From Heteronotia binoei (taxonomy: Eukaryota): a stretch of 64,000 nucleotides of DNA. A program made the position numbers and the translations under genes. Where the stretch lies: positions 18,228,001-18,292,000 of the forward strand of contig NC_083238.1 in the NCBI RefSeq assembly GCF_032191835.1. Direction: 5' to 3'. This document shows, in pieces, positions 1 to 12,101 of this stretch (the first letter of the stretch is position 1; each line of letters opens with the position of its first letter). The notes beneath the pieces are model-generated. The model had not been told where the DNA came from and made no database searches. It worked only from the letters and a program-made list of their open reading frames with translations.

Positions 1-65
1 GGGCGGCACTGCAGCACCTGCCAACTGGCCACTAGTGGACCAGACTGGACAGGGGAATGGGTTAG

Positions 66-638
66 TTACCTGAAAACCCCCAGCCCAGGACTGGCCAGGA
101 CCCGGCCGCTCCACCACTCCCAGTTGCCCCATACCCCAAGCCGCCCCACTCGGTGCTGCCGGGGGGGGGGAAGTTGAACAGGACCCCATGGCCACCCTTG
201 AATTGGCAGAAGAGGGGGCTTACCACCATCACTGGGAAAAACACCAGCACCACCAGAGGGCTGCTGCCCGCTACCTCCGGCTGCACCACCGCCAGACGCC
301 GTACCTGATGGGCCCTCCTCTGGGTCTTCCTCCTGGTCCGGTACCGCCGGTGGATCAGGCTCCGGTGGCCCACCCTGCAAAACAGATAGACGCGCAAGCA
401 CTTCTGCCTCAAAAGTCGGGCGCGCCGACCGGACGGAGGCACGGCGACGCCCCTCCCAAATGGGAGCGCCCCTAGCCACTCTATCATGTTCTAAAGCATC
501 CAACTGGCTCAGGATAGCGAGCCTCACCCTCTCTTGCTGGCCGGGCACCTCAGCTGGAGTGCCTTGCTGACCACGCCCACGGGGTGGGCGGGCGGGCTGT
601 TTTCCCTTCGACTTGCCCTGGCCTTTTCTTGGAGCCAT
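66..638 (-). pseudogene. ORF1 (gag-like) N-terminal part of Ngaro-like copy A; likely ATG at 638, premature stop probably after a G-run frameshift near 161-171
   Basis: ORF track 66..701; MAPRKGQGKSKGK starts at 638; low-complexity Pro/Gly-rich sequence like ORF1 of copy B. Confidence 0.6.
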
Positions 639-1195
639 CCCGTACCATTCACCAGATAGCAATGAAAATAAAACCAAGCACTGAAGTACCTTCTGAACCA
701 CCCACCACCGGGGGTGTATTTTCCTGTCCGTGAGGGGGTGGGGTGAATCAATAAAGCGCTCCTAAGAACGCGCAGTCCCAGCCCTGTAGCCTGGGCAGAA
801 ACCGGAGGGGGGGGGGTCACCCAGGAAGCACCGGTCTACTAAAAAGAGGGGGGGGGGAATGATGCCCCCCCAACACGGCTAACAAGCCCAATTCCCGCTC
901 CGCAAGGGGTGGTTACCAGGGAAGGCTACCACCTTATAATGGCCAGCCGCCTGCGCTCCCCCTACCAAGGGGCCGCTGCGCGCTACCCTGCTGGGAACTA
1001 AAAAGGAGTGGCAGAGGGTTTCAGCCCGGTGCAATGCCGCAATCGCCTCCCAAGGAGCCGCTCGGTAAGGAAGCGGCCGCGCCGTCCCTGACCAGCCCTG
1101 CCACCCGACCAAGACCACCCCCGACCGTAAAGTAGGCCTCCGCCTCGCTGCGCCTCACAGCCGCCGCACGCGCCTCGCAGCGCGTGAAACCAACG

Positions 1196-1375
1196 CCGCG
1201 CCGATCAGCTGATTCCGCCGAGATCCCTCGCTGCAGCGGCCTCAACGCCGCCGATCAGCTGATTCAGCCTGAGACCCTTGCAGCCGCTGTCCCACCACCA
1301 CCGATCAGCTGATTCAGCCGAAGACCCTCGTTGCCGCGGCCTCCGCGCCGCCGATCAGCTAATTCAGCCGAAGCC
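1196..1375. repeat. Four diverged 50-bp tandem units with conserved core CCGATCAGCT(G/A)ATTC
   Basis: Core starts at 1201, 1251, 1301 and 1351. Confidence 0.9.
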
Positions 1376-1438
1376 TTTGACAACCGCACGTGGCTCTCCC
1401 CCAGAGAGCCGAAAAAACTGCGTGGCGAGGGAGCGGGG

Positions 1439-1461
1439 GCCGGGGCTTAAATAGCCCCGGC
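1439..1461 (-). promoter_or_regulatory. TATA-like TATTTAA inside a perfect 9-bp hairpin in the 5' region of copy A
   Basis: GCCGGGGCT-TAAAT-AGCCCCGGC; minus strand reads CTATTTAAG upstream of ORF1. Confidence 0.35.
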
Positions 1462-3739
1462 TCCCGCCTACAACAAAACACCCGTATGTGGGGTGATGTT
1501 GCCCCTCCCTCCTTCCGGGGCGGCAAAGGCGGCCCCCAGCCCGAGCGCCGGCAAGCCGGCTTGGCTGGGAGGGGCCGGACATACTGTGAGTAACCTATCC
1601 ACTTATTTATCCAGAATTCTAGCTTTTGCTCATCTTGAATCCTTACTATGGCAAGCTAATTAATAAAAGACTACTACTCTCTCTTCTGTTTCTTGTTAGT
1701 TTGAATTTAGTGTTGAAGATTTTCCTCAGCAATTCCAGTTCAGAGAAATCCCAACACAGGCTTATTTTTAAAAAATATATATATTTGTCGAGATAAACTG
1801 ACTGATTTCTTTTATTTAAAACTTGAAGCTTTATTTGCTACAGCTTTGGCAGCATTAGTGTTTTTTTTAAATATGGGGGTTTTGTGTGTATGTGTGTGTG
1901 TTTCAGAGGTAATCTCATTAGTAGACTGTGTCTTGGAAAACAACTTGTCTGCATTTTCTTTGACACAATAATTGTGAGGGTTTTTTTAAAGCCATATTAT
2001 ACCAAGGACTTTTAAAATGTTTAGCTAATTCTGTTACTGACTAACAAGGCTCACTTTTTCAAATGGCCCTTTGTTATTTGGATAACTCACTCTATGGTCA
2101 TCAGGCAGTGCCTTGTCCGATTGTGAGGCTACAAACAGAATTGCTCAGGTGCTTTTGAGGAGTCCTCAAAAGGACCACAGGTCTTTCAAGCATCCATTGT
2201 ACCTTCGCAGGTATGACTCCAGCTAATTGGCTGTTGAGTACTCATAATATAGGACACACTATCATACCATATCTCAACATATTCTTGCAGTAATTTCCCT
2301 GAGGTGTCTTAACAGGCAATGTGACTAATTATTACAGTCTCTTTTTTACATTTTCATTTTCATGATATTTAATCGGCTTTATATTCCTAAAGGCGATAAA
2401 AACAAAATCCAGTCATTTACTTTTGGGTGTTGAAGCTGGGAAATGCTGGAGTCAAAATGTCAAATCCCTCTGGTGTCTGTATAAAGAACCATTGTCCAAT
2501 TTGGGTGCGATGTCATAGAAATAACTGCTTCTTATTAACTGTCTTCTTTTAAATATATTTATTCTATTTCAAGGTAGGAAAGGAGCAAGAATGTTCCGGC
2601 TCATTAGTTCCCCTTCAGATTTCCATTGGGGGAAATTTAATGAAGGCAAGCACCTTTAATGTTTCTCTACGAAACGTCTCAGAGTGCTGCCGCTGCATTC
2701 CACCTTCCAGCAGAAGGCAAAATTATACTTAACACTAATATCACTTGCTTTCTTCACTGGGGGCCTGTGGTCTTACATATAACGCTGTCACATATCTTTA
2801 TTCTATTTCTGTTTGTTAGGGTTTTTTTTAATTGAGAAAAACAAGAACGTTTTATCTAATTAAATGAAGATCTGAGAATGATCGAAGGAAGCAAAAAGCC
2901 AGAGTCTTCCAATCGCTGCCCCCACCCCCCCTTTCTGGGAGAGCTTCTAAAAGGTGCCATCTTCCAGCAGGAAACAAAGGTGTTCTCTAGGCTAATATCT
3001 TACCTCAATGTCCTCCAGTACCCACAGCTTAATATTCAATATTTCACTTGCACATTTTTCATCAGCAAAAGTACAGTGTGCTATAATGGAAGGTTAGAAA
3101 ATAAGCCCATCAGTCCTTGATGCCTGCCTCCCCTTTCAGAATGAACTCCACTGCCAGAAACGCAATTGCAAGAGAGATCTTTGCCTTCCTCTGTCTCATT
3201 ACTACGTGAAATTTGTCCATAGCTGTGATGTGCCTATCAAAAACCAAGACAAGAAGCATAAAGCAATGGGGAAATAAGGGGAATAAAATATGTCCTTGTT
3301 CTTGCAGTAAGAAGGGCTCGCATTAAGAATATCTATATTTCCCCCCTATTCTGTAGTGGCTAGCAGAGCTGCAGTGCCCTCCTCTTCTAGAGATGGTGGA
3401 TGTAGCTTTGAAGCTTCTGAGATATGGAGACCAATAACGCTTGGCCACTGGCTGGTTCAGTGGGCAGTCTGTTTGCAAGTTGTGACCAGCACTGTCAAAT
3501 GTTTGATAACATTTCCACTCGTGTCTGAAGAGTTTGAATGTGCTCAATAGTGGTGAAAAGTGGATCGAACATATCTCATCGCATACTGCTTTCCACAACT
3601 TCCCTTCTCTGGCTCCAGCCATTGCTGCTGCCACCCTTTTGCAACATTCATAAAATAACACAAAAAAGTAGCGTTGTTGTGTTAAACAAAACATAACATT
3701 AAAAAATTCAGCTTTTTTAAACAAAAAATGACTGCCTGA

Positions 3740-4233
3740 TAGGGCTCCAAGCCCCCGGTCCAGGTGGGGCTTCCCCAAACCGGGAGGTTCCCAACCTGCC
3801 AGCCCACATTGGGCTGGCAGGGGGAACCTTCCCCTATGGCACCGGCATGATGACACCACCCAGAAGTGATGTCATTGCGATGGCTCACAGCGGCCTCTCT
3901 AGATGTTTCCGAGGAAACTCTATGGTTTTCCCAGACGCCCTAGCCATTTGAGAGGGAAAATGCTATGGTACAATAAGTAGTAGTAGTAGTACTTTTATTC
4001 ACGGTCATCCGACCAGCTTAGTACAAACAGAAACAAAATCATAAAAACAAACCCATCACCTCTTACACAGAGTTCCTCACGCCAACTATTTCACATATTG
4101 TTAAAACTCATAGCCAAGATTTACGTTCTCAATTTCCGTAATGTTTTCCTGGAAACACCTAGAGCGGTCACATGCAGTATTGATGTCACTTGAAAGTTCC
4201 CCGCTCTGGGAGGAAGGGGACTTGGCAACCCTT
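3740..4233. mobile_element. Non-autonomous hAT-type element (TAGGGTTGCCA-like TIR family) with a nested LINE 3' tail at ~3978-4140
   Basis: Perfect 8-bp TSD CTGCCTGA at 3732-3739 and 4234-4241; internal (TAG)n tail with a minus-strand poly(A)-like signal. Confidence 0.75.
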
Positions 4234-4498
4234 CTGCCTGATTCAGTCATTAGCTGCTTTCACACGCATTAAATAAAGCACTTTAATCCCCTTTCAATGC
4301 ACTTTCCAACAAATCCAACTGGAAAGTGCATTGAAATTGGATTGAAAGTGCATTATTTAGTATGTGTGATCCCAGCCATTGTAAAATGGGCAGAAATGAA
4401 GGGGAAAGAGATCCTGTATTGCCTACTGTTCTAAAAGAGAAGGGATGCAGTAGAGGTTAGGATGAGATATGCTTGCCAGCATGGTGTGGTGGTTAGAG

Positions 4499-5087
4499 CA
4501 GGGGTGTCAAACATGCAGTCCAGGGGCCAAATCAGGTCCCCAGAGGGCTGCTATCAGGACTCTGAGCAACAAGCTGTCATCTGCTTCCTTCTCCCTCTCT
4601 GTTGCTTCCTGTTTCACAGCTTGCTTTGCCAGGCTTGCTCAATCGCACAGAAGCTACAGAACAAAGCCTCTATTTTCTCCATTGGCCAAGGCTCCCCCCT
4701 TGGGGAGGAAGGGGGGAAGGGAGAGCTTGCTTTGCCAGGGTTTTGCAATTGCACAGCAGAGCTATTGAGTGAAGCCTCACTTCCTTCTATTGGCTGAGGC
4801 TCCTCCCCCTCCTGGTCCCCTGGGGAAGGAAGGAAAGAGCCAGAGCTTCCTTCGCCCAGTTCCCTGGATCCCATGGGAGAGATACAAAGAAAGCACCTTT
4901 AAGATTGAGTGCTAATGTTTTAAGTTTTTGTTTTTTAAAAAATATTTAATTGTGTTTGTCTGTGTCCTTTATAAAATTTATACCTCTGCTACCTGGCATT
5001 ACATTTTATGATACACATGGCCCCGGCCCAACAAGGCCTCGTTTATGTCAGATCCGGCCCTCATAACAAATGAGTTCAACACCCCTG
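4499..5087. mobile_element. hAT-type MITE (TIR CAGGGGTGTCAAAC) inserted in an old MIR-like SINE (~4480-5280)
   Basis: TIRs at both ends; imperfect 8-bp TSD; homologous to 23662-24263 and 36606-37231. Confidence 0.8.
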
Positions 5088-5469
5088 AGTTAGAATATCA
5101 GACTAGGATTGAAGAGACCTGGGTTCAGACTCCTACTCTGCCAGGTGGTTTAGGGCAGTCACACACTCTCAGCTTAGTCTACATCGCAGGATTGTTTGCG
5201 GAGAAAAATGGAGGAGGGAAAGCATTGTAAGCTTCTTTAGGTCTCCATTAGGGAGAAAAGTGGGTTATAAATGAAGCAAATACATTTGTTTCTTGTTTCT
5301 ATTACTTGCTGGACTTAATCATAGAGATGGCCATGAAATGCAAAGATGTGGGGCTCCCGTCACTTTGGATTAATCTACAATCCCACTTCACATGAGAACC
5401 AGGACTTCTTTCCTGTTTTCTAAATAAGTTGAAACTTGCACTAAGTGAGAAACCAGCTTGAATGCATAT

Positions 5470-5824
5470 ATTGAAGAAGATAAGAAGATATTGGATTTAT
5501 ATCCCGCCCTCCACTCCAAAGAGTCTCAGAGCGGCTCACAATCTCCTTTATCTCCCCCCCCCCCTCAACAGACACCCTGTGAGGTAGATGAAGATATTGG
5601 ATTTATATCCTGCCCTCCACTCCGAAGAGTCTCAGAGCGGCTCACAATCTCCTTTACCTTCCTCCCCCACAACAGACACCCTGTGAGGTAGATGAAGATA
5701 CTGGATTTATATCCTGCCCTCCATTCTGAAGAGTCTCAGAGCGGCTCACAATTGAGTGGGGAATCAAACCCGGTTCTCCCAGATAAGAGTCCGCACACTT
5801 AACCATTACACCAAACTGGCTCTC
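5470..5824 (-). mobile_element. Squam3/Ther1-like tRNA-derived SINE with triplicated 3' module and internal deletion
   Basis: Head GAGAGCCAGTTTGGTGTA.. at the right end; three GATA(T/C)TGGATTTATATCC tails; (GAA)n end. Confidence 0.85.
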
Positions 5825-5999
5825 CAATTCTCTACAAAAGAGAATTTAAGATATATGAAGTGCACAATCGAGTAGGTGGCTTGCTTTAAGAGGAAGGGCA
5901 AGGACAATGGCTGAAGAGTCTCCCGGAAACTTCTGTGGATGCGGCTGCAACTGGGAACAGTTAGATTAAAAAAAAAAAAACGCTAAGTGACAATTTTTT

Positions 6000-6890
6000 T
6001 CAAACAATGTCCAACAATTATATTCTATTCTGTTACAACAATATATTCCATATATTAAATCTTAATTCAGTCTCAAGCCAGTGTATACAAATGCAACGTT
6101 ACTTTTGTGTTTCATCCCTCCCATAAATAAAGTCCATAATGCAGCCAATGGCGTGTCCAGGATTCTTTCCAATAGAGGGATAACGCCAGGAAATCTTTAC
6201 AGCCTTCATAAGACGCCCCTTCTAGGTATTCCAAGACATTTCAATTCTCTTCTTCTTCAGTTGTCAGGCTGTCAAATGGAACCCAATTTCAACAGCTTTA
6301 TGTACAGACTCAAGATTCACAACTTTCAGAAATGAATCAGTGGGTTCAGTTGTGAACCTTGTGTCCGTTCATAAAGCTATTGAAATCAAGTTTCATCTTA
6401 AAATACCAAATGTAAGCATGAGAAATTCTCATTTTAGAAATTAAATTGTGGATAAGGTAGATGTACATCTGGTAATACGCATTCTCACGGCCGCGAGAAT
6501 GTTATACGCAAAATATTGGAGACTCCAAATATGGAAGAATTAATAGATAAGATTTTACAAGCTGCAGAAGCAGATATACTTACGGCAATAGTTAATGGGA
6601 AATCAAAAAAACTGGCTAATCAAAGATGGGAGAAATTATAAGTATGGATACAAAAGAGAATTAAAGATGAGAAAAACAAGTAAAGGGTTAAAATTTGTGA
6701 GAAATGATTAGTAGAGGAGAAACTTATGAAAAAAGAATGATTGGACTGTAAGCATATTTATTATTGTACTAAGTTATGAAACAATCTACCTTCATTCTCT
6801 GTTTTAATAATTTTGTGGGGTTTTGTATGTAACGTAACTGAAGAATTTATAACTAATAAAATCTTGGGTTTTTTTCCGGGGGGGGGGGAA
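6000..6890. mobile_element. Degenerate L1/Tx1-like ORF2 3' fragments: plus strand ~6340-6890, possible inverted minus-strand piece ~6000-6330
   Basis: Plus frame ILTAARMLYAKYWR...PNMEELIDKILQAAEADILT resembles squamate L1 ORF2 C-termini; AATAAA and tail near 6855. Confidence 0.55.
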
Positions 6891-7002
6891 TGATAAAGCA
6901 GAGCTCATTAGAGGGCTGACCCTGTAAAAGACACTCAGGATCCAAGCGTGGCTTGTTCCTGAGGCCGAGGACTAATGCTTCAAACAAGGTTTCTAACAGG
7001 TA

Positions 7003-7406
7003 CGCCTGTAGCTACCTTGTAACAAGGTTTCTAACGGGGCTGCTTCTGCTGCCGGCCCTGCGAGATATTAGAGTGGTGGGAAAGGGAAGGCGGCAGTGAC
7101 AAGGGCAGCCGCCTTCCCTGCTTCTCTTCTTGCTGTCGCCCTTCTCCCTTCCCCGCCACTCAAATCATTTGCGGGGCCAGCAGCAGAAGTAGCCCTGGCC
7201 TTCCGCAGACGTTAAAGGGCCCATCGATCAGCTGATTGGTGGGGGGAGGCCAGGGCTGCTTCTGCTGCCTGCCCCGCCCATGATTTGAGTGGTAGCGAAG
7301 GGAGGGCGGCAGCGGGCATAGCGGCGGGCACAGCATTATGGGGCCAGAGGCCTGCCAGAAGTCAGGGGCTGTGCCCTCACAAGCCCCCTCATAGGTACAG
7401 GCCTGC
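7003..7406. mobile_element. GC-rich MITE-like element with three ~60-bp internal modules (+,-,+)
   Basis: Termini GCCTGTAGCTAC / GGTACAGGCCTG; modules at ~7037-7100, 7132-7197 (inverted) and 7251-7310. Confidence 0.5.
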
Positions 7407-7948
7407 CTGCACCCCTTGCCCTCTCGTGTTGAACTCCCAAGCTCAGCCCCTTAATGAGCTCTACTTTATCTGACAGTTCAAGCGTTCACACTCTTTTAGG
7501 GGCCCTAAAATGCATAGTTGTTTCAGAGTTTAATTTCTAAAATGGTAATTTTCATGTTTACATTTGGTATTTTAAAATGATAATGAATAGCACGTTTATC
7601 TGTTCAAAAGCCGCTGGAAAGAACTTGGGACTAGTGTCTTTGGGTTCTTGCTCTCAAAACTAGGGTTTATACTGTTCTGTGGCACTGCAGAAGATTGTTG
7701 TTATGGTGCCTCTTGCTAAGTTCCTCTGCCAGACCCATCAGTGACTCGCCTGTTCTTTCTTCTGTAGCCAGCTGGATTTCCCCTTCCTCGTAGCAGGAAC
7801 TGTAGAAAGAGCAAGAGACAACCGGCAAAGGAATGGAGTAGGAGGTGTAGAGACTGTCTCAGTTCAGGTTACCGTGAGCAATGACATGAATGTGGTCAGT
7901 GTTCAAACTGCCTATATTTAACATGCTAGTTTAAATGAAAGTTGGATC

Positions 7949-8465
7949 TAGGGTTGCCAAGTCCAATTTAAGAAATATCTGCGAACTTTGGGGGTGGAGC
8001 CAGGAGACTTTGGGGGTGGAGCCAGGAGACATTGGGGGTGGAGCCAAGAGCAAGGGTGTGACAAGCATAATTGAACTTCAAGGGAGTTCTGGCCATCACA
8101 TTTAAAGGGACTGCACAAATTTTTAAATGCATTCCTTCCATAGGAAATAATGAAGGATGGGGCACCTTCTTTTGGGGCTCATAGAATTGGACCCCCTGGT
8201 CCAATCTTTTTGAAACTTGGTAGGTATTTTGGGGAGAGGCACTAGATGCTATACTGAAAATTTGGTGCCTCTATCTCAAAAAATAGCCCCCCCAGAGCCC
8301 CCGATACCCGCGGTTCAATTCCCCATCATTCCCTATGGGAATCGTTCATGGCGGTGCATGATGGTTGTGAGGGTGGGGCTTCCCCCGCCGGCCAGCTGGC
8401 TGGGGGAGGGGGAAGCCTGTTAAACCGGGGGATCCCCCACTGGGACATGGGGATTGGGAAGCCTA
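7949..8465. mobile_element. Non-autonomous hAT-type element
   Basis: TIR TAGGGTTGCCA / TGGGAAGCCTA; perfect 8-bp TSD GTTGGATC at 7941-7948 and 8466-8473. Confidence 0.85.
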
Positions 8466-10526
8466 GTTGGATCCTTCACTAGACTGATATTTTTACTCAA
8501 AGTTCAACTTGAACATAATATGGAGAAAAGGGGGCGGGCAGATTGGAAGAAACACTTCCGTCTGCTACAGCACCTAAGCTAGGCTGTTGTTTGCTCTTTT
8601 TGAATCAGGAAAAAACTTCGGGTTTGACTAGAGGCCCCAATCAAAACGGTTTTGGCCCTTGGCTTTTAGTCTGTGACTCCTGCATGTTTGTATATTTACA
8701 TGGTTTCTTTTCCTTTCCTTTTGTTTTGATTGCATATTCATTGTTGCGAGCCACTTAGATTCCTTTCTGGGGGGAAAGCAGTGAATAAATTTTCTAACTA
8801 ACAAATGTCAAATAGGCTGAGCAACTAATGAGCATCTAAACTCACATTATGACAGAAAAAAAAACACACAAGTTAATTATGTTGCATGAGGAAATTACGT
8901 GTGCAGCCTAGCTTGGTGATGCTATCTGTTGAACGTGTTTTCCTTTCCTTCTCCAAAAATGGAAAGTAGGGGAGATGAGTAATTCACAATATAGTGTATT
9001 ATAATGCAGTAGCAGTTTGTTTCCAACAAAAGCTGTTGGAAAACTTTATTGCAGTTCCAATATTGTCTATCCCCACTTCTGATATTCATGAGTATGCTGT
9101 GGCTTTGAACACATTATGTTCCATTCAGCTACCATGGTTATTGACAGGATGGAGGCAGTAGGAGAAGCTTTGGGTGGATGAAATTAAGAGAAGATATTAT
9201 TGGAGTGTGGCTTATTGGGGAGTGGGACTTGTAATACTCCCATTTCTAGAGACAACAGCCAATTCTGGAGATGGAGGACAGTTTTCCTATGGGCTCATGA
9301 AGGGTTTGACTTGTAGTCATTACACTATGACTGAGCAACGTTCTGCAAAAAAAAACTGAAAAGGGTGGAAGACATGAAGCCTGGTTTTGAGAATTCATGT
9401 ACGAACATAAGACATTTATCACTGGCTCAGACTAAAGAAGATTAAAGTAGTCCAAAAGTGGCTATCCAGATGCCCATGGGGAGCTCATATGAGATGAACG
9501 TGAAGCGGATGGACACCCCTGTTATCTCCCAGGTTGTGAACTGAAAATGTGAAGACTTCCGATGGTAAAATTGGGTTTTACTGACTTGAAACAATTAAAA
9601 CAAAAGTACACATTCCAGAACGCATACAACATATCAACTCATTTAAAGTCCCAACATTCTTTCCAACCGTGAACCACTCTCTCCAAAAGTTAGTTTTTAG
9701 TTATGCAACTGGAGGGATGTTAAAACTAAATATATGAAAGAAATTCACCTTCATATCACAAAAGTTGCCTTCTGTGCTGATAGCGCAAGGCATACACTAT
9801 AATGAATTCATGAGCATACCTTTTGCTAGCACTTTTTCATTGTGTCAGCTGGCTGAAAAAAAAAATCAATTTTGGACCACCATCATTTGAGAGATAACTC
9901 TGCCAATATTGATGGTTTTGTATAAAAGTGTTCTCAAGAAAGATATATCATTGTTGCAGCTGCAACTAGTTGAAGACTATATAATGTCAATGGGTGGTCT
10001 GATAAAAATTTCTGGGAAGAGATGGAGTGGATGAAAATTACCATACTATTTTTGTTCATAAAAACATACAGTATAGAAGTCATCATGATTTACTGGACAA
10101 AACAATGGAGCTGAAGGAACCAGGTGGGGAAAAACTCCAGGTTTCACTTCAAAATATGCAGGCAAAACCATATAATATGATAGAATTGGATCCTTTTAAA
10201 AGTTCTGTGCACAGGGGCAACTTCTCTGCCTCTCTTCCCCCACTGCAGTCTGGTATACCTGCTCCCATGTCATTCCTGGGGCATGGGGGGCCCCTGGGAG
10301 TATCATGAGAGAGAGTTGGAGCTCTGCCAATATCACCCCGCCTGTGCACATATGGCTGTTAGATATGAAGAAAACCATAGATATTAAGAAAAAAAATAAG
10401 TGTATAGTTCATATATTCCTGCAAACCTGGAAGCCTTGCTAGTCCTGGAGAAAAATACCCCCTGTCTGTCCTTGGCCATATTGTGTGGCTTTTTTGGTCC
10501 ACCCTCTGTGATCTGGCTCAGAATTA

Positions 10527-10791
10527 AACCATTTTCACACACAGCTTCCCTCGCAGTCACAATCCTGTTCCCTCCGCAGCGTCTGTCGGATTTCCCACCA
10601 TCTGCGCCGGAGTTACAGGAAGTGCCGCGGCTTTTGCGTAGCAAACGTAAACTGGGTTTTAGCGGTTTACGTTTGCTACGCAAAAGCTGCGGCACTTCCT
10701 GTAACTTCGGCGCAGATGGTGGGAAATCTGACCAGACGCTGCGGAGGGAACAGGATTGTGACTGCGAGGTAAGCTGTGTGCGAAAATGGTC
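10527..10791. mobile_element. Palindromic PIF/Harbinger-type MITE
   Basis: Near-perfect fold-back over its whole length; TTA TSD at 10524-10526 and 10792-10794. Confidence 0.85.
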
Positions 10792-11366
10792 TTAAAATGT
10801 TGTTGTATTTGTTTTATTTATGAAGCAGAGCACAGGGCAGCAGAACTGCTGTCTTCCATCACAAAGAACCCACCAAGGTAATTTAGCCAGCTCTGGCTGT
10901 TATTATTTCACTTGCTTTCTGTGGTCTGAGCTCAAAGCTTGCTGTTTCTTTGAATGTCTGCAGTTTTCCCTCAGCTGGGTGGGAACACTTTCCCCGAGCT
11001 CTGCTAGGTTCTTCAACAAACCCACGGGGAACCAATTCCTAACAGCCCTCATTAAGGAAACATCCGCGCCCATTCAGATTCTTTTGTTACGTGCCCTGGT
11101 TCTGCTCCCTGTAGGCTAAATTCATTCGTATCGATCAGACAGCAATCGCACAACACTTCACTAGTTGTTCCCTTAGAGGCAATTGGTTTCTCTCACTGGC
11201 ATTAGCTAGACATTTTTCCAGTTTGATAGCAGAGAAGCAGTTTATATTAAGCTTCTGTGACTAGGAGTGGATTGGACTGTTAAAACAGGCTTAGAAACAC
11301 ATGAGCCAAGCAGCCTCTGAAGCAATGGCTTCCCACCAGAGGCTTCTCAGCTTGGATTGGGGCCAT

Positions 11367-12101
11367 AACCACCAAATGCAAAGGACAATGGCAGCACAAT
11401 ATACAAAATACAAATGTACCAAAAAATATTGTGCAAAACACAGTTAAATACCTTGTGCAAATTATATTATATTGTGTAGGAACATACAAAAATCGCCATA
11501 TATTCAAAACATTTTAGCAACACAAAAGTCTCAAATGTATTATTAGGAGGGACTCCTTTGGAACTTGGTTTTTGAGTCGCAGCACTCTCTTTGTGAAAAT
11601 AAGAGACTTTGTGGGGTCCTCCCTGAAATAATACATTTGAGACTTTTGCGTTGCTAAAATGTTTTGAATATATGGCAATTTTTGTATGTTCCTACACAAT
11701 ATAATATAATTTGTACAAGGTATTTAACATGTGTGTTTTGCACAATATTTTTTGGTATTTTTGGCCTTTTCTATTACGGCCCCCTCCTGGTGGAACCAGC
11801 TGCCAGAAGAGGTGAGGGCCCTGCGGGACCTCGCCCAGTTCCGCAGGGCCTGTAAGACAACCCTCTTCCGGCTGGCCTATGACTAGCTGATACAAGATAC
11901 TGAGCGTAGTTACATTAGATGTCTGCTATCCCCAATATTCTAAATGTTTTAAATGTTTTAATGTTTTAAATGTTTTAATGTTTAAAATTTAAATGTTTTT
12001 ATGCTTAAAATGTATTTATGTCAGATTCTTGTGTTGTGAGCCGCCCTGAGCCACTTGTTGGGAAGGGCGGGATATAAGTCATAAAATAAATAAATAAATA
12101 T
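11367..12101 (+). mobile_element. Composite insertion: AT-rich hairpin (~11416-11759) plus L2-clade LINE 3' end (~11762-12100) with (AAAT)n tail
   Basis: 15-bp direct repeat TTGGATTGGGGCCAT at 11352-11366 and 12102-12116; L2-type ..WWNQLPEEVRALRDL..FRRACKT sequence and GCCGCCCTGAGCC tail. Confidence 0.7.

Larger units (their letters stand above)
1..1582 (-). mobile_element. 5' part of Ngaro-like (DIRS-order) tyrosine-recombinase retrotransposon, copy A; continues past the window start
   Basis: GC/CpG-rich island. ORF1 N-terminus MAPRKGQGKSKGK matches MPKGQGKSKGK of the element at 41320. The 5'-terminal motif at 1494-1539 aligns to 40582-40628. Confidence 0.75.

Noticed and set aside
1196-1375. 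Mini CRISPR-like repeat-spacer array
   Set aside because: The linkers are homologous to each other, so this is a diverged tandem repeat; kept as a regulatory-repeat finding.
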